Part shown: in pieces, positions 1 to 13,705 of the stretch
Layout of the letters: each line of letters begins with the position of its first letter
How positions within the stretch are numbered: the stretch's first letter is position 1
From: Eledone cirrhosa
Lineage: Eukaryota
Length of the DNA stretch: 64,000 bases
Direction: 5' to 3'
Assembly: GCA_964016885.1 (NCBI GenBank)
Contig: OZ024752.1
Span: forward strand, 3,410,001 to 3,474,000
Notes under the pieces: generated by a model
What the model was told of the DNA's origin: nothing
Databases searched by the model: none
The model's input: the letters and a program-made list of their open reading frames with translations, nothing else
Program-made: the position numbers and the translations under genes

Positions 1-78
1 ACTGCATTATTGATGTGCTTATCTATGTAGATAACCATTTACACACTCTCAGGTGATATATATATATATATATATATA

Positions 79-259
79 GTTATAGTGGTAGAACACTGGA
101 AGGTAATATCCGTAGCGGTAGAGCACTCTGCCCATGGGACGTGTTAGGTAGAAGTGGTTTTCACAACAATTGTTTCACCTTAGCGGATCCTCAGCTCTGA
201 GGATGCGCTAAGGTGAAATAATTGTTCTCGGGATGGTGAACTAACTGTTGTGTAACCAC

Positions 260-262
<3 letters not shown>
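79..262. mobile_element. PLE pseudo-LTR fold-back module, family A, flanked by (TA)n
   Basis: Inverted repeat aacaattgtttcaccttagcggatcctcag-ct-ctgaggatgcgctaaggtgaaataattgtt centred near 195. Homologous to 10931-11060, 27236-27280, 28120-28254 and 29983-30036. CTGAGGA...GAAA hammerhead core on both arms. Confidence 0.75.
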
Positions 263-322
<60 letters not shown>

Positions 323-2012
323 GGAGAGAGGGATTGAAAGTGAATCTGATCGATGAGTCAAGCATCAGTCTATTATTCTCCTGTGCTCTCGGTAGTTCCT
401 TTGCTTTATAGGTTTCTCCATAGTCATATAACATTATGTTTCCCCTTCCTCTCGTTGATGTCCCCATGTATCTTATTCATTCATATGCACGTGGCTAGAC
501 TCTCGGAATCTTGCTTTCCCAGGTATACGTTTGTCTCTTAGCAAGGATGATTTTTTTCTAACGTCTTCGTGTCTGGAAAAATAATCCTCCTATATATTCA
601 AGATATTCTTCACGTGATTTTGGTTTTTACTGATTAATCGTTTCGACACCAAGCATCATTCTTTACCGAATATATTACTGTTACACATAGGATGTTTAAC
701 TGTAAATATGATTTCTGCTGATACTGGTCGATTTCAAGAAGTCATTCTAATTCAGCAAGAACCTACCATAAAAGAGACTGCAGCTATGTCTCGATAACCA
801 TCATTAAAATCTAAATACCTCAGTATAAAAGTGATCTTCCTGAGATCACTCTTAACTATATGAAATTATGAATATTTAGAAACCACTATTTTAAAGTATA
901 TTTTCTTATTCTTCTGACATATAGTTAAAATACAGACGATGTTTATTGACGATATCACTGGAGACCATGGGAAAATATGTGGTATGATATATTGGACAAA
1001 GTATACCTACGTGTATAAGGCTGCTATTACTATTCTGAAATAACATATAGGACATCAGTAGAAAGCATGAAGTAAGGAAATATCTCAACGTAAGCAATTC
1101 AGGCGGATAAAAAGGAACTAGAAAAACATTAAAAACACGCGCCAACGAATCGGACATTTAACTACCATCATAATGCGTAAATGTAATCGCAGGTTCACAG
1201 TACATCAACTGATTCTCATAAAACAAACCTGTTTAAAATGTACTGAGATACTATATACCTAACTATTGAGGAAAATTGCTTTGAAACATGTAATGAAACG
1301 AGCAAGCTTTGATTACATGTTTGGTTCTAATGCTTACGCAGGCCACGTAAAGGAAGACGAATAGAAATGATATGTTCTTAAAAGGAAAAACATTCAAGGA
1401 AGATTTTGAATATATTTCGTCCAACATCTGGAATGAAATTCAGAATGCGCAATAGTGATATTAAATGAAGGATTATATTTATACCAACAGATTTAAATAT
1501 TCTTGAAGATACTTGTGAATTCGTGTGAATTAAAATGATTTGGTGGTTGGTAACATTTTTAAAAGGATATTACACGTTCTAGAGGTAGAAATGGAGATAA
1601 TTAAAACGAAGAGAAGAAAATTCAGATATGGAGAAAATGTTAAAAAATAAGACGAAGGCAAAAATAATTCATAAATTGTAAATTGGGTTCGTAAATTAGA
1701 TATTTTTAACAATCGGAAATCAATTACAGTCAAAATATTATATACATTTTATGTTAGATAATATTGAAATTACAAAAAACTGTTTACGCAGTTTTACTTA
1801 ACGTGGTTATAATCCAGGTTCATATTTTCCATTATTTTATTTCAATCAAACGTTCGTCGTAGCTGTAAAATTCCATATTTCATGTACATCATGTAAATGG
1901 TCTATTAGGTATTTAAATTGGGTTTCATATATGGCAGCTATTTTCTGTGTGTTACTGCGAGTACTAGCAAACAAACATGCAGACATATACACACACAAAC
2001 ATACAAACGCTG

Positions 2013-2048
<36 letters not shown>

Positions 2049-2187
2049 GGTGGCGGGGTGTGAGGATGTATGTGTGTGTGTAGACACCTGACTATCTTTG
2101 CAGACGTCACCAATTCTTTGTTTTGAATAAATTAGCCTTAAAAATGTGGAGTGCCTCTCAGCGAGTTTGTCTATAGGTACTTAGCTG

Positions 2188-2465
2188 AATTTTGTTCTGC
2201 CTTTGTTTCTCTAAGTATAGTTTTTAAAGAATCCCCTTTCTTTAAATTCAAGAACCAATGACCTCCACCCATCCCAATCACAACCCTCTCCTACCACCAG
2301 AAAATGTATAAATCCATCATATTACTTGGACAGTCCGCTTCCTGGCGATTTCTCCCAAATGAAACAGTTCTAGACCTGTAGAAGCCATTTTTATATTAAA
2401 TAGTTATACTTTGATATATATTGAGTACCTTACTTAGTGTGGTTACCACCGATTGAACCCCTATA

Positions 2466-2468
<3 letters not shown>
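2188..2468 (+). mobile_element. PLE pseudo-LTR module, family B (degenerate, long terminus)
   Basis: Aligns with 18218-18448 and 11183-11315 (gaaacagttctag.cctgtagaa...attgagtaccttactta). Ends in (TA)n. Confidence 0.65.
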
Positions 2469-2531
<63 letters not shown>

Positions 2532-2534
<3 letters not shown>

Positions 2535-2919
2535 ATAATAATAACTTTGAAGACTAAAATCCAAGAGGCTCGATAAGGGTAAATATATATCAGATATATA
2601 AGAACTGTAGAGCAAATATTTATTAAAATAACAGACTAAATTTTAAGCAAAGAATCGGTGCTTTCACCCTTAACCGGATATTCAGAAACTAAAAAGGTCA
2701 ATCTGAGTTAAGAATACAGTAAATAAAATACAGGAGTAATTGAAATTAAATATATACATTCACGCATCCATATACGTACATATACAAGAATACGCGAAAA
2801 CACTCGCCATGGCTATGCAAATACAAGCACGTACAAAAAAAAACGCACACACATACAGAACCCACGCATCGCCTATACACGCACACATACGAACGTATAC
2901 ACCAAATACACATAAAATA

Positions 2920-2971
<52 letters not shown>

Positions 2972-4253
2972 ATACATAATTAAATAAACATATAAATATA
3001 CACACATAAATACGTATATAACGCGCGCACACACATACCTACATGTAAATACACATATGTTCGCGGACGTACGTCAACCAAACACAGAGTACACATATAC
3101 ACACACCCTACATACGTACGAACCCGCATATTCAGACAGACGCAAAACTCACGTATACACATAACCAAGTCCACAAGTACCAGTATATATAATATATACG
3201 CCATAACATATACAAACAAATATACGTACGAGAAAGTATACGTACCTTCACAAAACATACAGGCAATATATACTTACCTATACAAATAAGTAATGGTATA
3301 CACATAACATATACTTCGCTACCACATCAAGACGTAAAATATCCGCGTATAGTTCGTACTATCCGTTAGGGTATAATGTGGGGCTGTAATACAGGAAAGT
3401 TTTGTGTAATTCATGTTTACAAGCCGAATCGCCTCAGATTTTTTGTTTAAGATGAGGTCTTTGGCGTAGAGTATTTCCAGGCCCTCAGCGGCGCAGAAGT
3501 CACATGATCTTTTATTTCCGTTATACGATCTAGCCTCAGCTAGGATCTCCCAGTGTAACTTATATTGGGTTTGGTTGTCTTTTAGACTCCAAATATAAGC
3601 TGAAGGTCACGTCATATTCCTTCTTATGGAGTTAAGAAAATAATGGGTATGCATGTAAAGACGCTATTTGAATCTATTGGAGGTTAACCCTATTGGAGGT
3701 TAACCCTACGGGACGTGGGTGTTTCAACCTTACATTTGTAGACAATGTTACTAGAGAGGAATTTCCCGGATAGGGGACAGTCAACCCGATTTCTACAATT
3801 ACAGTTAGTACTAGCGACAGGGTTGCACGAATTCCTACGGCTAGGTAATTTAGCTAAATTTGAAGCTGTGATGTTATGTGCAAGGTTAGGAGCCGTAGCG
3901 TAAGAAATTTTAATGGTATTTCTATTAATATATTTTACTATATTTATGTGCTGGGGGGAAATGCTTCATAATAAGGGAGAGAAAGATCTTAGCTAATGGT
4001 GTGGCCACCTCCATATTATATGGTGGGTTATACCATATAATGCGTCGTGATCTATTTTATTTACTTTATTCTTAACTCTGAAGCCGAGAATCATTCGGTT
4101 TCCTAAATAGAATGTTAGTCTACGACTTCAATTATACCATTTACGTGGTTTTGAAATGCGTGTAATTCTTTTGCGTGTAATTGACTTTTTTAGTTTCAGA
4201 AGATCCCGTTAAGGGTGAAAGCAGCGATTCTTTGCTTAAACTTTAATCTGTTA

Positions 4254-4260
<7 letters not shown>
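2532..4260 (-). mobile_element. 5'-truncated Penelope-like retroelement, family C, with inverted 5' pseudo-LTR
   Basis: Long terminus at 2532-2705 and inverted short-terminus pLTR at ~4100-4260 both match 21563-22346. They enclose a GIY-YIG ORF relic, and both ends abut (TA)n. Confidence 0.7.
3390..4060 (-). pseudogene. PLE ORF C-terminus (RT-EN linker plus GIY-YIG endonuclease), decayed
   Basis: Manual minus-strand translation across frameshifts: RSRRIIWYNPPYNMEVATPLAKIFLSLIMKHFPPAHKYSKI..NRNTIKISYA...CNCRNRVDCPLSGKFLSSNIVYKCKV...IGLTSNRFK*RLYMH...SAYIWSLKDNQTQYKLHWEILAEARSYNGNKRSCDFCAAEGLEIL...LNKKSE..CKH. Not in the supplied ORF track. Confidence 0.85.
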
Positions 4261-4296
<36 letters not shown>

Positions 4297-4425
4297 TTCT
4301 AAAATATTCAAAAATATTTGTCAAAACAATCATGTGTACAAAATCCTATTGTGTTAATATAATAATTACGCTAGAAGCAAATTATTCATTAAAGTAATTA
4401 CCAAATACGTTTTTACATTAAATAT

Positions 4426-4470
4426 TGATTTACGAACGTTTCGTCCCCTTATTGGGACTTATCAAAATCA
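4426..4470 (-). ncRNA. Degenerate minimal hammerhead motif in a (TA)n-flanked island
   Basis: Reverse complement reads tgatt TTGATAA gtccc-aataag-gggac GAAA cg TT cgta aatca. Helix II is perfect and aacgtt is palindromic, but the core has two substitutions. Confidence 0.5.
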
Positions 4471-4612
4471 GTTATTTCTAAGTAAATATCTCATTATAAG
4501 TCTCACTAAACAGCTCAACAGCTCACAGTCAGAGAATGTGCTTACATTTAAAAAGATGACATAATAATTATAGACAGTCACATGCATACATCAATTTTAC
4601 AATTAAAGGACA

Positions 4613-4682
<70 letters not shown>

Positions 4683-5116
4683 ACAAATTTGAATAATATA
4701 GTAAGGTGTAAAAGAAGCTTAGACAAAAAAATTAACAAATAGTCATTGAGGAAATCAAAGAATGTGTGCCGAATAAATTTTGACAGGCTAAACACATAAC
4801 TAATAATAAATATAAAGTGAAAGTCATGTGTTGTGTGTGTATTTTGATTGACAATATTAGCAATATGACCAGCCCCAAATCCATCTGTTTATAGATGTGG
4901 TGCATCTAGAGGTGAAGTCGAAACGCTGGGGGTCAGATGTTAAACAGCTCGAAGAGAAAATGCCTCTGAGGAAGATAACATTCGGTCTGAGATGTTAAAT
5001 AACTTTCGTCCTGTCCTGCAAATGTATAGCAGTAACGCCTATTTTATTTTTGGTATATATATATAGATCCTGCGGGCAATGAAAAAATAATAATTATTAT
5101 TATTAGTGTTGTCGTT

Positions 5117-5300
5117 TGGCAGAATCGGTAGAGTATCAGACAACATGTTTGCAGCATATAATTACGGCCCTTTAAGTTCTGAGTTTAAATCACAATAGTG
5201 TTAGTTTTGCCGTTCAACTTTACGGGAGTCGATAAAATATAACACCAGTAATGCATTGGCGTCAGGAAATTGCCTTTTGCCTCTAGTAGAAATCATTATT
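5117..5300 (+). mobile_element. tRNA-derived SINE with Nin/Deu-like core, degenerate copy
   Basis: Diverged tandem neighbour of 5313-5490 (ggcagaatcggtagag...gtcgataaaat...ccagtaatgcattgg...agtagaaatcattatt). Confidence 0.6.
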
Positions 5301-5312
5301 TTCATTATTACT

Positions 5313-5490
5313 GTATCGGTAGAGGGTCGGACGCCATGCTTTCCAGCATAGTTACGTCCCTTTACGATCTGAGTTCAAATCCCGCCGAGGTTGACTTTGC
5401 CTTTCATCCTTACGGGGTCGATAAAATAAAGTACCAGTAATGCACTGGGTAATTGCTGGCCTTGTGCCTAAAGTAGAAACAATTATTTTC
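5313..5490 (+). mobile_element. tRNA-derived SINE with Nin/Deu-like core
   Basis: B-box gagttcaaatcc, core tttgcctttcatccttacggggtcgataaaataaagtaccag and (ATT)-type tail. Multiple copies in the window. Confidence 0.75.
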
Positions 5491-7157
5491 ATTATTACTA
5501 CTGGTATCATCATCATCATCTTCTTCTTCTTCTTCTTCTTCTTCTTCTTCATCACCATCATACACAGATTCATGACAAAATAAAAGAAATAAAAAATTAT
5601 TATGAGTTCTTGCAAGAATACGGAGTATTTTGAGATATATATCTCTATTGGCCATTGAACATTCTTTAGGTAGAGTAGATTGAATACTGAAATACAACGA
5701 ACATGTTTCATTGGTACAGTTATTCTAAGACAGAAATAGAAGTTATCGCACTGCTGAAGTTCAAATGACAACAAAGGTTTGTAAATATTCCACAAGAAAT
5801 ATTTAATCTTCATTAACAAAAGATTTTTAAATATAGCAAAGATGGCAGCCGTTTTAACTTCCATCAATAACCAAACAAAATTATTTCTATATAGCTCTTT
5901 ACTTTCCACAAATGCCTTTGAGATATGAATTTTGAATGGAGAAATAGTGTTTGTTTGGGAATCATTTAATTCATGAATATTCATTCTGACATTTACAGCT
6001 TTCAAATTTAAATATTTCTTACTTTTCATTTAGATATTGATAGATTTACACAAAGTTAACTGCACTGAAATTTATATATAACTGACTGGAGTTATAAACA
6101 TTTTATTAAACATACAGCAACAACAACTTAATTATAATTATAATAACAACAGCAATAATATCAATAATAATAATTATAATAGTAAGAATACAAATAATGA
6201 TAACAATAATAATAATGAACAACATCAAAATCATTATCAATAGTTTTATGATCTTCTTCACATACTACACCATTAACAAAGCAGGCACAATACTGATAAT
6301 GATAGCAATAATATTCAAGTAAGATGTTTCATTGTTATACTCGAATTAGATGTGATTTAGAAGTAAAATAATAACGCTCGAAATATTCAGTCGCTAATGA
6401 CAAATGACTAATATATAGTGATGAAATATTAATCTATATATACGTGTAAATAGACAGACGCACGCACATTATATGCACGCACACCTACATTACATAGTTG
6501 TTTGTGAATGTTTATTTCTGTACACAGACAGATAAGTATGTATCTATATTGAATCTTTGGACAACTGTCTCATGAGAAGATCTAAGTTATGACAGTTAAT
6601 TTGAAACATCAAATATTTGTATATCTGTTTGTGATAGTGTATGTGTCTGTAGGTGTATGACTGTGCGTATGTGTGTACGCGCCCCTGTATAATGTAATGA
6701 ATAAATATGAATTCAAAAGAAAACTGTGATTGTCTTTATATATAAAGAATGAGTTATAGAAAGTCTTCAAAAGATTTGTCAACATTCGTATGAAGTAATC
6801 AAAAGATTTTTCTCACACCAGGGATATATGTGGGATAAACGCACTACAAGACTACGAGAAATTCATCTTCCATATTTTGTCACTTTTTGGTTCCAGTCAC
6901 AAGGATGAAATTAAAGTGTGGCATCGGCTCGAAGGTTTTCCCCGAGTCCCCCTAGTGCTTATTTCAAGTCACGATTAGAGAGTCGAACACCATTTATCGA
7001 AACATTTAAGTTTCCGAATATTTTAGACTGGTGGAGAAATACCATACATACGAAAATATATACATAAACACATTTACACGTAGACATACACAAACACACA
7101 CATACATATATATATACGAGTGTGTGTGCGTTTGTATATGTATATATATATATATAT

Positions 7158-7379
7158 GAACTAAGATGGTGTGGTAAGACACCAGGTGGACCATAACGCA
7201 CCAGAGTACTCGATTCTTGGGGTAGTAGAGTGGGTAATAGTAAAAGAGTCAGGACCCCGACGGCTAAGCTCCGGCCGTTTCGACAGCTAGATCCGAACTA
7301 ACCCAGTATACTGCTGGCTTAATTCGGATTTAGCTTTCGAAACGGCTGGAGCTCAGCCACCGGGGTCCTGACTCTTTTG
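7158..7379. mobile_element. PLE pseudo-LTR fold-back module, family D
   Basis: Arms aaaagagtcaggaccccgacggctaagctccggccgtttcga and tcgaaacggctggagctcagccaccggggtcctgactctttt, with an extra tail on the left and (TA)n on both sides. Homologues at 13751-13883, 35030-35171 and 39693-39740. Confidence 0.75.
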
Positions 7380-9933
7380 TATATATATGTATGTGTATAT
7401 ATACACTCAAAATCTACATCTGACATTTTTTCACAAGTGAAACGGAAAGAGTAAGCCCAGGAAACAATATTTGAATAAAAAACAAACAGGCGTAAAATGG
7501 AAGTTTTTGATTTCAAAAGAGATACACTTCATGTTATTTTTTTCTGAATGAAAGGAATGTTGCCAATTCTAAACAAGTTACGAACAACGTCATGTCCGAA
7601 ATTCTTGTTTGACATTGAATCGTCTTTCACATATTTTTTCTGTTACAATTCTATTTATATTGCCCTCTGTTTTTCTCTCACTCTCTTTTGTCCTTTCTCT
7701 GTTTTTACTCCACCTACTTCCTTATTCCTTTGTTTTGACCGCTCTTTTCACTTCCTCTATTTTCATTCTAGTTTTCTGAACCTACAGCATTTACAGCAAA
7801 TTTGACAAAATATTTATCTTTTTTCTAAATTATTGAGAAGGTAGTAGACATAAAAATAAAGAGGTATTCGTGAATAGACATGACTCTAAACTGTGCTTCA
7901 TTGACAAGATAGATAAATAGAATATTAAATAATTGAAATGGAAATATTTAAAACAAATTAAACGACGGCAGAAACAATAAAAACTCCATGGCCATCGGAG
8001 AATTCGGAAAAAATGCATAGCAAGAATAATGCTCGAGTTATGCCGCAAATATCGTGGGATTACTGAAGTCATATTAATGTAGAGTATGGGGCCTAATAAC
8101 TGCTGTACACACAAGCATCACAAAAATTGATATATTACTAAATCACTATTAATATGGTACATGCCTATAATGCACATAGTGTCGGGAATATTAAGAAACA
8201 ATCAATCGATTGTTGCTTCTATTATCCTAGAAACCATCTAAGACCAATTACACCCAAAGGCTTAACGACACTAGAATGTAGGTATCGGTTATATATCTGT
8301 TTTTACCACTCTTTGAGTACCTATTATTATGAGGATTGTTTCTTCTTCCATCATTCATATTCGAGTAGCAGCAGTAGTAATATTAGCAGTATTAGTAGTT
8401 GTTGTTGCTGTTGCTGTTGCTGCTGCTTAAGTATTTTTGTTTCTTCGTCTATAGACACGAGCCGGATATGACTTTCGCAAATATCTTTTTATTCGCACTG
8501 CCAGCAATATGTGAACGCATGTGTGCATAATGGGTCCTTTTTTAAACGAGCATCCTGAAAAAGCCAGATGTCCCGTCATTTCCGTGCCACTAGAAATTGT
8601 TTCCAACCTGCAATACCCTAAATAGTAAGTATTCCAATAAATGCATGCGGTGTTTAATGAAATTGATAAAAGTTTTCGCCGGGATATTTTCACGTGGAAA
8701 ACGTTTCAGAGATATATTATTGACTTTTGTTGAAATTTACCTGGGTCATTTCTTATTCAAATTAGGGTTTGGTCGTGAATTCCGCTTCAAAATGTCATTA
8801 CATGTCACACAGTAATCTAACTTCAAGGATAATTGTCTTCGAACTCATTTACATTCAGCAGAAATAACATTATATAAAAACAAGTCAAATTCATTCTTAT
8901 GGCACGATTATTTTCTTTTCTTTATCAGTATTATAAAACAATACTCTATAAAATATGTACTTAACTTCAATATATAAACATAATATATTTTTTCATCATT
9001 GTAAGCTTTAGCTTTCATTTTACATTATTTATTCAATATATTATTTTAACCCACCATTTTGTCATTTTTATGTGTGCGTCTTCAGAACGCCCGTATATAT
9101 TTGATTTTTTCTGATGGGATTTTCAAAATCTTCAGAATATGTTGCATATGGTTTTCTTGTTTTTGCATCGGTGCATTACATAAATCTATTGGTGTACAAT
9201 GTTTTTTGTAAATCAGGTGGGATCGAAAAAGTAAAACTTGTAAAGTATTCGCTCAAAAATGATATATACGTGTCGAAAATGTAGCTGCTTGGCATCAGAC
9301 CATATATCGAATCCGAAAAGAATTACATCGTCTAAGAAGCATTTGTACTGCTAAAAACGTATAAAAGCTATTATGTTTCCTTTCATTTATTTCGTTACAT
9401 GTTTACAATTTGTGATGGATGAGGAAATGTCGACATCTCATGGAATGAATACAAAACTGAGAGGAAAGTTTGTCTTATTCAGATAGGTAAAAGCTGATAT
9501 GCTACAATAAGATATATATATATAATCGTTATGAATTTGTTTTGCGAGATTTCCTATCTGAAATCGTATGTTGAAACAGATATTGTAATTTGAGAGGGTC
9601 ATGTTGCCAATAAAAACACACGCAACTGCTGTTTTCACTTCAATTATCTATAAATTTCCGGTTTGTAGGTTGGTTCGATAACCGGAAGGTTGTTTATATA
9701 GTGACGAAGCTCTTTCGTCACACATTCTGTGACTAGGTTTTTATTTTGTGTCACTCCTTTGCTCTGTCCTCCACAAAATTGTGTAGGACAGAAGAAAGAG
9801 AGACACTGATGAGCAGACTATTCCAGAGTTGAAGCGGATTGTTGTAGAAAGCGAACGTCGAACTGATGTTTACGAAACACACACATTCAGCGAAATTACT
9901 TATGAAATGTATTCAAGTAAAAATTAGATCTCG

Positions 9934-9964
<31 letters not shown>

Positions 9965-10159
9965 GAAAATAGAGAAAGTAATGTAAGCAAAACGCCGACA
10001 ATAATTCAGACATATAAGTGACTATAACATCAAGATGAACATTTTTTAACGTAAGATATGGGATAAATAATTCAATCTTAATCAAAACAAGTCAAGAAGA
10101 AAAATGTTATCCTCAGACTTTGTGTAAGCTGGGGAAAAAAACCAATACAATCTTAACTC

Positions 10160-10368
10160 ATATTAGAAAGTGGGTTTTTTTTTTACAAAATGAAAAATAA
10201 CCGAGGTGTCCTACACCAGTGAAAGTATAAGGAAAAAAGCTGAAATCGAAAATGCAACTGGAGTCTTTTTTCTTTAAATATATATTTATTTGGTTCCTTT
10301 ACCGGTTTCGAAGTTCTTTTGCTTTTCAAAAGTAGAATTGAGATGGAGGGTCTGTGGTTTTTCTCACA
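10160..10368 (-). mobile_element. PLE-like pseudo-LTR module, family J
   Basis: Matches 25683-25891 in reverse. Contains the 3' half of an HHR (GAAA-ccgg-TA). Confidence 0.6.
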
Positions 10369-10651
10369 TATATATATATATGCGTGGGCGAGGGTATGTG
10401 TATAGTGAGGGAATCGTCATAGCTAGAACCTATCACCTCATAACATATATTATCTGAATAGAATCTAGATATATTCACTTCTAAATAAATATATGTACGG
10501 GGAGAAAATTAATATGCGATACAATTGATGTGGTATCAACGATGATAAGTTGTAACTACAAATAGAATATAATCAATTATATAAGTTTGCAAACAGGAGA
10601 ATTATAACATAACAGGTAACATAAGGCGATTCTTCAAGCACACGCACACAC

Positions 10652-10682
<31 letters not shown>

Positions 10683-10836
10683 CGTATGTATGTTTATACT
10701 TATGTGTGTGGATATATTATTGTGTGAGTGTATGTACATGTTTTATGTCCTCACAATAAAATTGTGTACTTGTATTTGCGTGTGGACGCATATATACATA
10801 TATATATATGTGTATATACATGTGTATGTATATATC

Positions 10837-10930
<94 letters not shown>

Positions 10931-10935
<5 letters not shown>

Positions 10936-11060
10936 GGTTACACAACAGTTAGTTCACCATACCGAGAACAATTGTTTCGCCTTAGAGGATCCTCAGCTCG
11001 TAATGGGCAACTCGTCCCATGGTCTACCAATACGGATATTACCTTCCAGTGTTCCCCCAC
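10931..11060. mobile_element. Family A module (short terminus left, long terminus right)
   Basis: Left part is the reverse complement of the family A short end; right part is the family A tail (…ccttccagtgttc…cactata). Flanked by (GA)n/(TA)n and (TA)n. Confidence 0.7.
10957..11006 (-). ncRNA. Minimal type-I hammerhead ribozyme motif, family A
   Basis: Reverse complement reads ccattacgag CTGAGGA t-cc-tctaa-gg-c GAAA caattg TT ctcggtatgg. Helix I is cgag/ctcg and helix III is palindromic (acaattgt). Confidence 0.7.
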
Positions 11061-11086
11061 TATATATATATATATATATATATATA

Positions 11087-11315
11087 GTTTTAATATAGAT
11101 GAGATTCTACAGGACTAGAACTGTTTCATTTTTTAGAAATTATCAGGCTTTCCAAAATAAATTTATTTTGGAAAGGCAGATTCCTGATTATTTCTAAAGA
11201 ATGAAACAGTTCTAGTCCTGTAGAATCTTATCAATATTAAAACTTTTATAATCTGCTATGTATTGAGTACCTTACTTACTGTGGTTACCTCCGATTCAAG
11301 CAGGAATAACTTACC
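11087..11315. mobile_element. Family B fold-back module
   Basis: Palindrome 11087-11243 centred near 11161 plus a ~70 nt tail. CTGATTA...GAAA core and (TA)n on both sides. Confidence 0.75.
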
Positions 11316-11880
11316 TATATATCTATATCTATATATATATATATATATACTTATGTGCATGTACGCGCGTGTATTTGTATAAGTATGTATGTGTACGAGC
11401 GTCCGTATTTTTTGTTAATGTGTAGGCATAATTTGTAATTGTATAAGCTTGTGTAGGTATGCCTGTGGCCATATATGTGTATGTGTATATATGTATGAAT
11501 ATATATGTATATGTGTGTTAGTGTTTGTATATATTTATATATATATACATATTGTGTGTGTGAGTAGTTGTATGTATGCGTTTATGTGCGTGCCTGTGTG
11601 TGCGTGTATATTCACGTATGTTTGTATATATATATTTATATATAAATTTGTATTGCCCCCCCCCCCCCCGATTTCGTGGTCAACATGTCCCTTTATGCTT
11701 TTATTTTTATGTCTTATTCTTTATGTATTTATTTTTTGATTTTATTTATTTATATATGTTCCTCTACCCCCTCCCAATGTACTACATAATATCAGGTCTA
11801 TACATGTGATTACGTGGGAGCGCGCATGTCTGAAATGTGTATATATATATATGTATATATATATATGTATATATATTTAT

Positions 11881-12119
11881 AACCAAAGATTAATATGGTT
11901 GATTGATTACTCATTGTTTTACAATAGATTAAAAGCACTCTACAAATAAGTTTTCTGAAGTTACTGGAATTGAACCATCAAGACCGTTGAGGTACGTCAT
12001 ACATCAATTAATGTATTTCATCTGATGAGGACGCACTGAAAAACACCACATACCTCCGAAATATATATAATAAAACATATATTTTGATTACGTGAATGTC
12101 TTCATTTATGATTATTCTG

Positions 12120-12122
<3 letters not shown>
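11881..12122. mobile_element. Family H module, copy 1
   Basis: Inverted tail on the left (matches 12548-12615 in reverse), HHR and short terminus on the right. Flanked by (TA)n. Confidence 0.7.
12016..12075 (+). ncRNA. Minimal hammerhead ribozyme motif, family H
   Basis: tttcat CTGATGA gg…cctcc GAAA tatata TA ataaaa. Confidence 0.7.
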
Positions 12123-12176
<54 letters not shown>

Positions 12177-12204
12177 CATATATATATATAATATATATGT
12201 ATAT

Positions 12205-12615
12205 ATATTATTCTAAATATTAATAAATGAATACGTTCACATAATCAAAGTATATGTTTTATTATATATATTTCGGAGGTAATGTGCTGTTTTCTCAGTA
12301 CGCCCTCATCAGATAAAATATATGAATTGATGCATGGCATACCTCACGTGTTTGATGGTTCAATTCCAGTATTGATAGTAATTTATTACAACAAATCTCA
12401 ATATTTATTTATATTTACAAATAATATGATAAACTTAAATATGATGAAGAGGATGTGGAGCAAGATGTAGGTAGAAGGCGGGGGTGAGTATGAAAAATGT
12501 AAAGATTGATAAAGTGAGCGAGAGAGATATACATAGAAGAGAAAATCTTTGTAGAGTGCTTTTAATCTATTGTAAAACTATATTGGGTAATCAATGAATC
12601 ATAGTATTCTTTGGG
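12205..12615. mobile_element. Family H module, copy 2 (mirror of copy 1)
   Basis: 12205-12372 is the reverse complement of ~11960-12122 with divergence. Tail at 12548-12615. Confidence 0.7.
12257..12318 (-). ncRNA. Minimal hammerhead ribozyme motif, family H
   Basis: Reverse complement reads ttttat CTGATGA gg…cctcc GAAA tatata TA ataaaa, with a perfect 6-bp helix I. Confidence 0.75.
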
Positions 12616-12653
12616 TATATAATATATATATATATATAATATCAAATATATGC

Positions 12654-12689
<36 letters not shown>

Positions 12690-12694
<5 letters not shown>

Positions 12695-13345
12695 TAAATA
12701 TAGACAACGGTTAAAATGTCGTCTTCAGTAATCTGCTGATTATCGTAGGTATTTCGACGCATTAAAGACTAGATACCTAAAATCAGTGCGACCAATAACT
12801 CAATTAAGTTATCGGGACAGTGGGAAAACAGAGGGAAGGAAACAAACACATGGTGGTATGCAACGTAAAGAGAGGAAAATAGAGACAAGTCAATGAACTC
12901 TGTGGGCTTAAGCCCGACATATCAAATTGACGAGGAGAAATAGACACGTCCGAGCCGCGAGAACATTAAGTGAGGAAAGAAATTCAAGCAGGTCAGACGG
13001 GAGGAAGTGAGAGTGGGGCAGAAGCAGAGAGGGAGTGAGTGAAAGTGGGAGGAAGGGCCAGCCGAGAGTGAGTGACCAGCAGCGGGAGTTGAGGAAAGAA
13101 AGAGGTGAAGGAGAGACAAAGGGTGATAGCAGTAAAGTGACAGAAAAAAAAAACGAACTACAGCGAAGGGAAACAATATGTGAATAAAGAATGGCGTGCT
13201 GCGTTGTTGCGAACATGAACATATGAATAAAAACAGACAAGGGTTAAAATGTCCTCTTCAATAGTTTGCTGATTATCGTTGGTATTTCGACGCATTAAAG
13301 ACTAGATACCTAAAATCAGTGCGAGCTATAACTCAATATATAACT
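12690..13345. repeat. ~115-bp direct repeats (12690-12805 and 13221-13337) flanking a purine-rich spacer; possible tandem-pLTR element
   Basis: Both copies share ggttaaaatgtc.tcttca…gctgattatcgt.ggtatttcgacgcattaaagactagatacctaaaatcagtgcga…ataactcaat. Bounded by (TA)n. Confidence 0.7.
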
Positions 13346-13351
13346 CATGAG

Positions 13352-13405
<54 letters not shown>

Positions 13406-13408
13406 GAG

Positions 13409-13491
<83 letters not shown>

Positions 13492-13494
13492 CTC

Positions 13495-13529
<35 letters not shown>

Positions 13530-13533
13530 ACTC

Positions 13534-13564
<31 letters not shown>

Positions 13565-13651
13565 ACTCATATATATATATAACTCATATATATATATATA
13601 TAACTTATATATATATATATATATATAACTTATATATATATATATATATAA

Positions 13652-13705
<54 letters not shown>

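Noticed and set aside
5352-6029. 225-aa minus-strand ORF
   Set aside because: Runs through a (GAA)n/(GAT)n microsatellite into an antisense SINE, so it is a chance ORF.
9800-9850. CTGATGAG at 9806
   Set aside because: No convincing helix II, GAAA or helix I closure.
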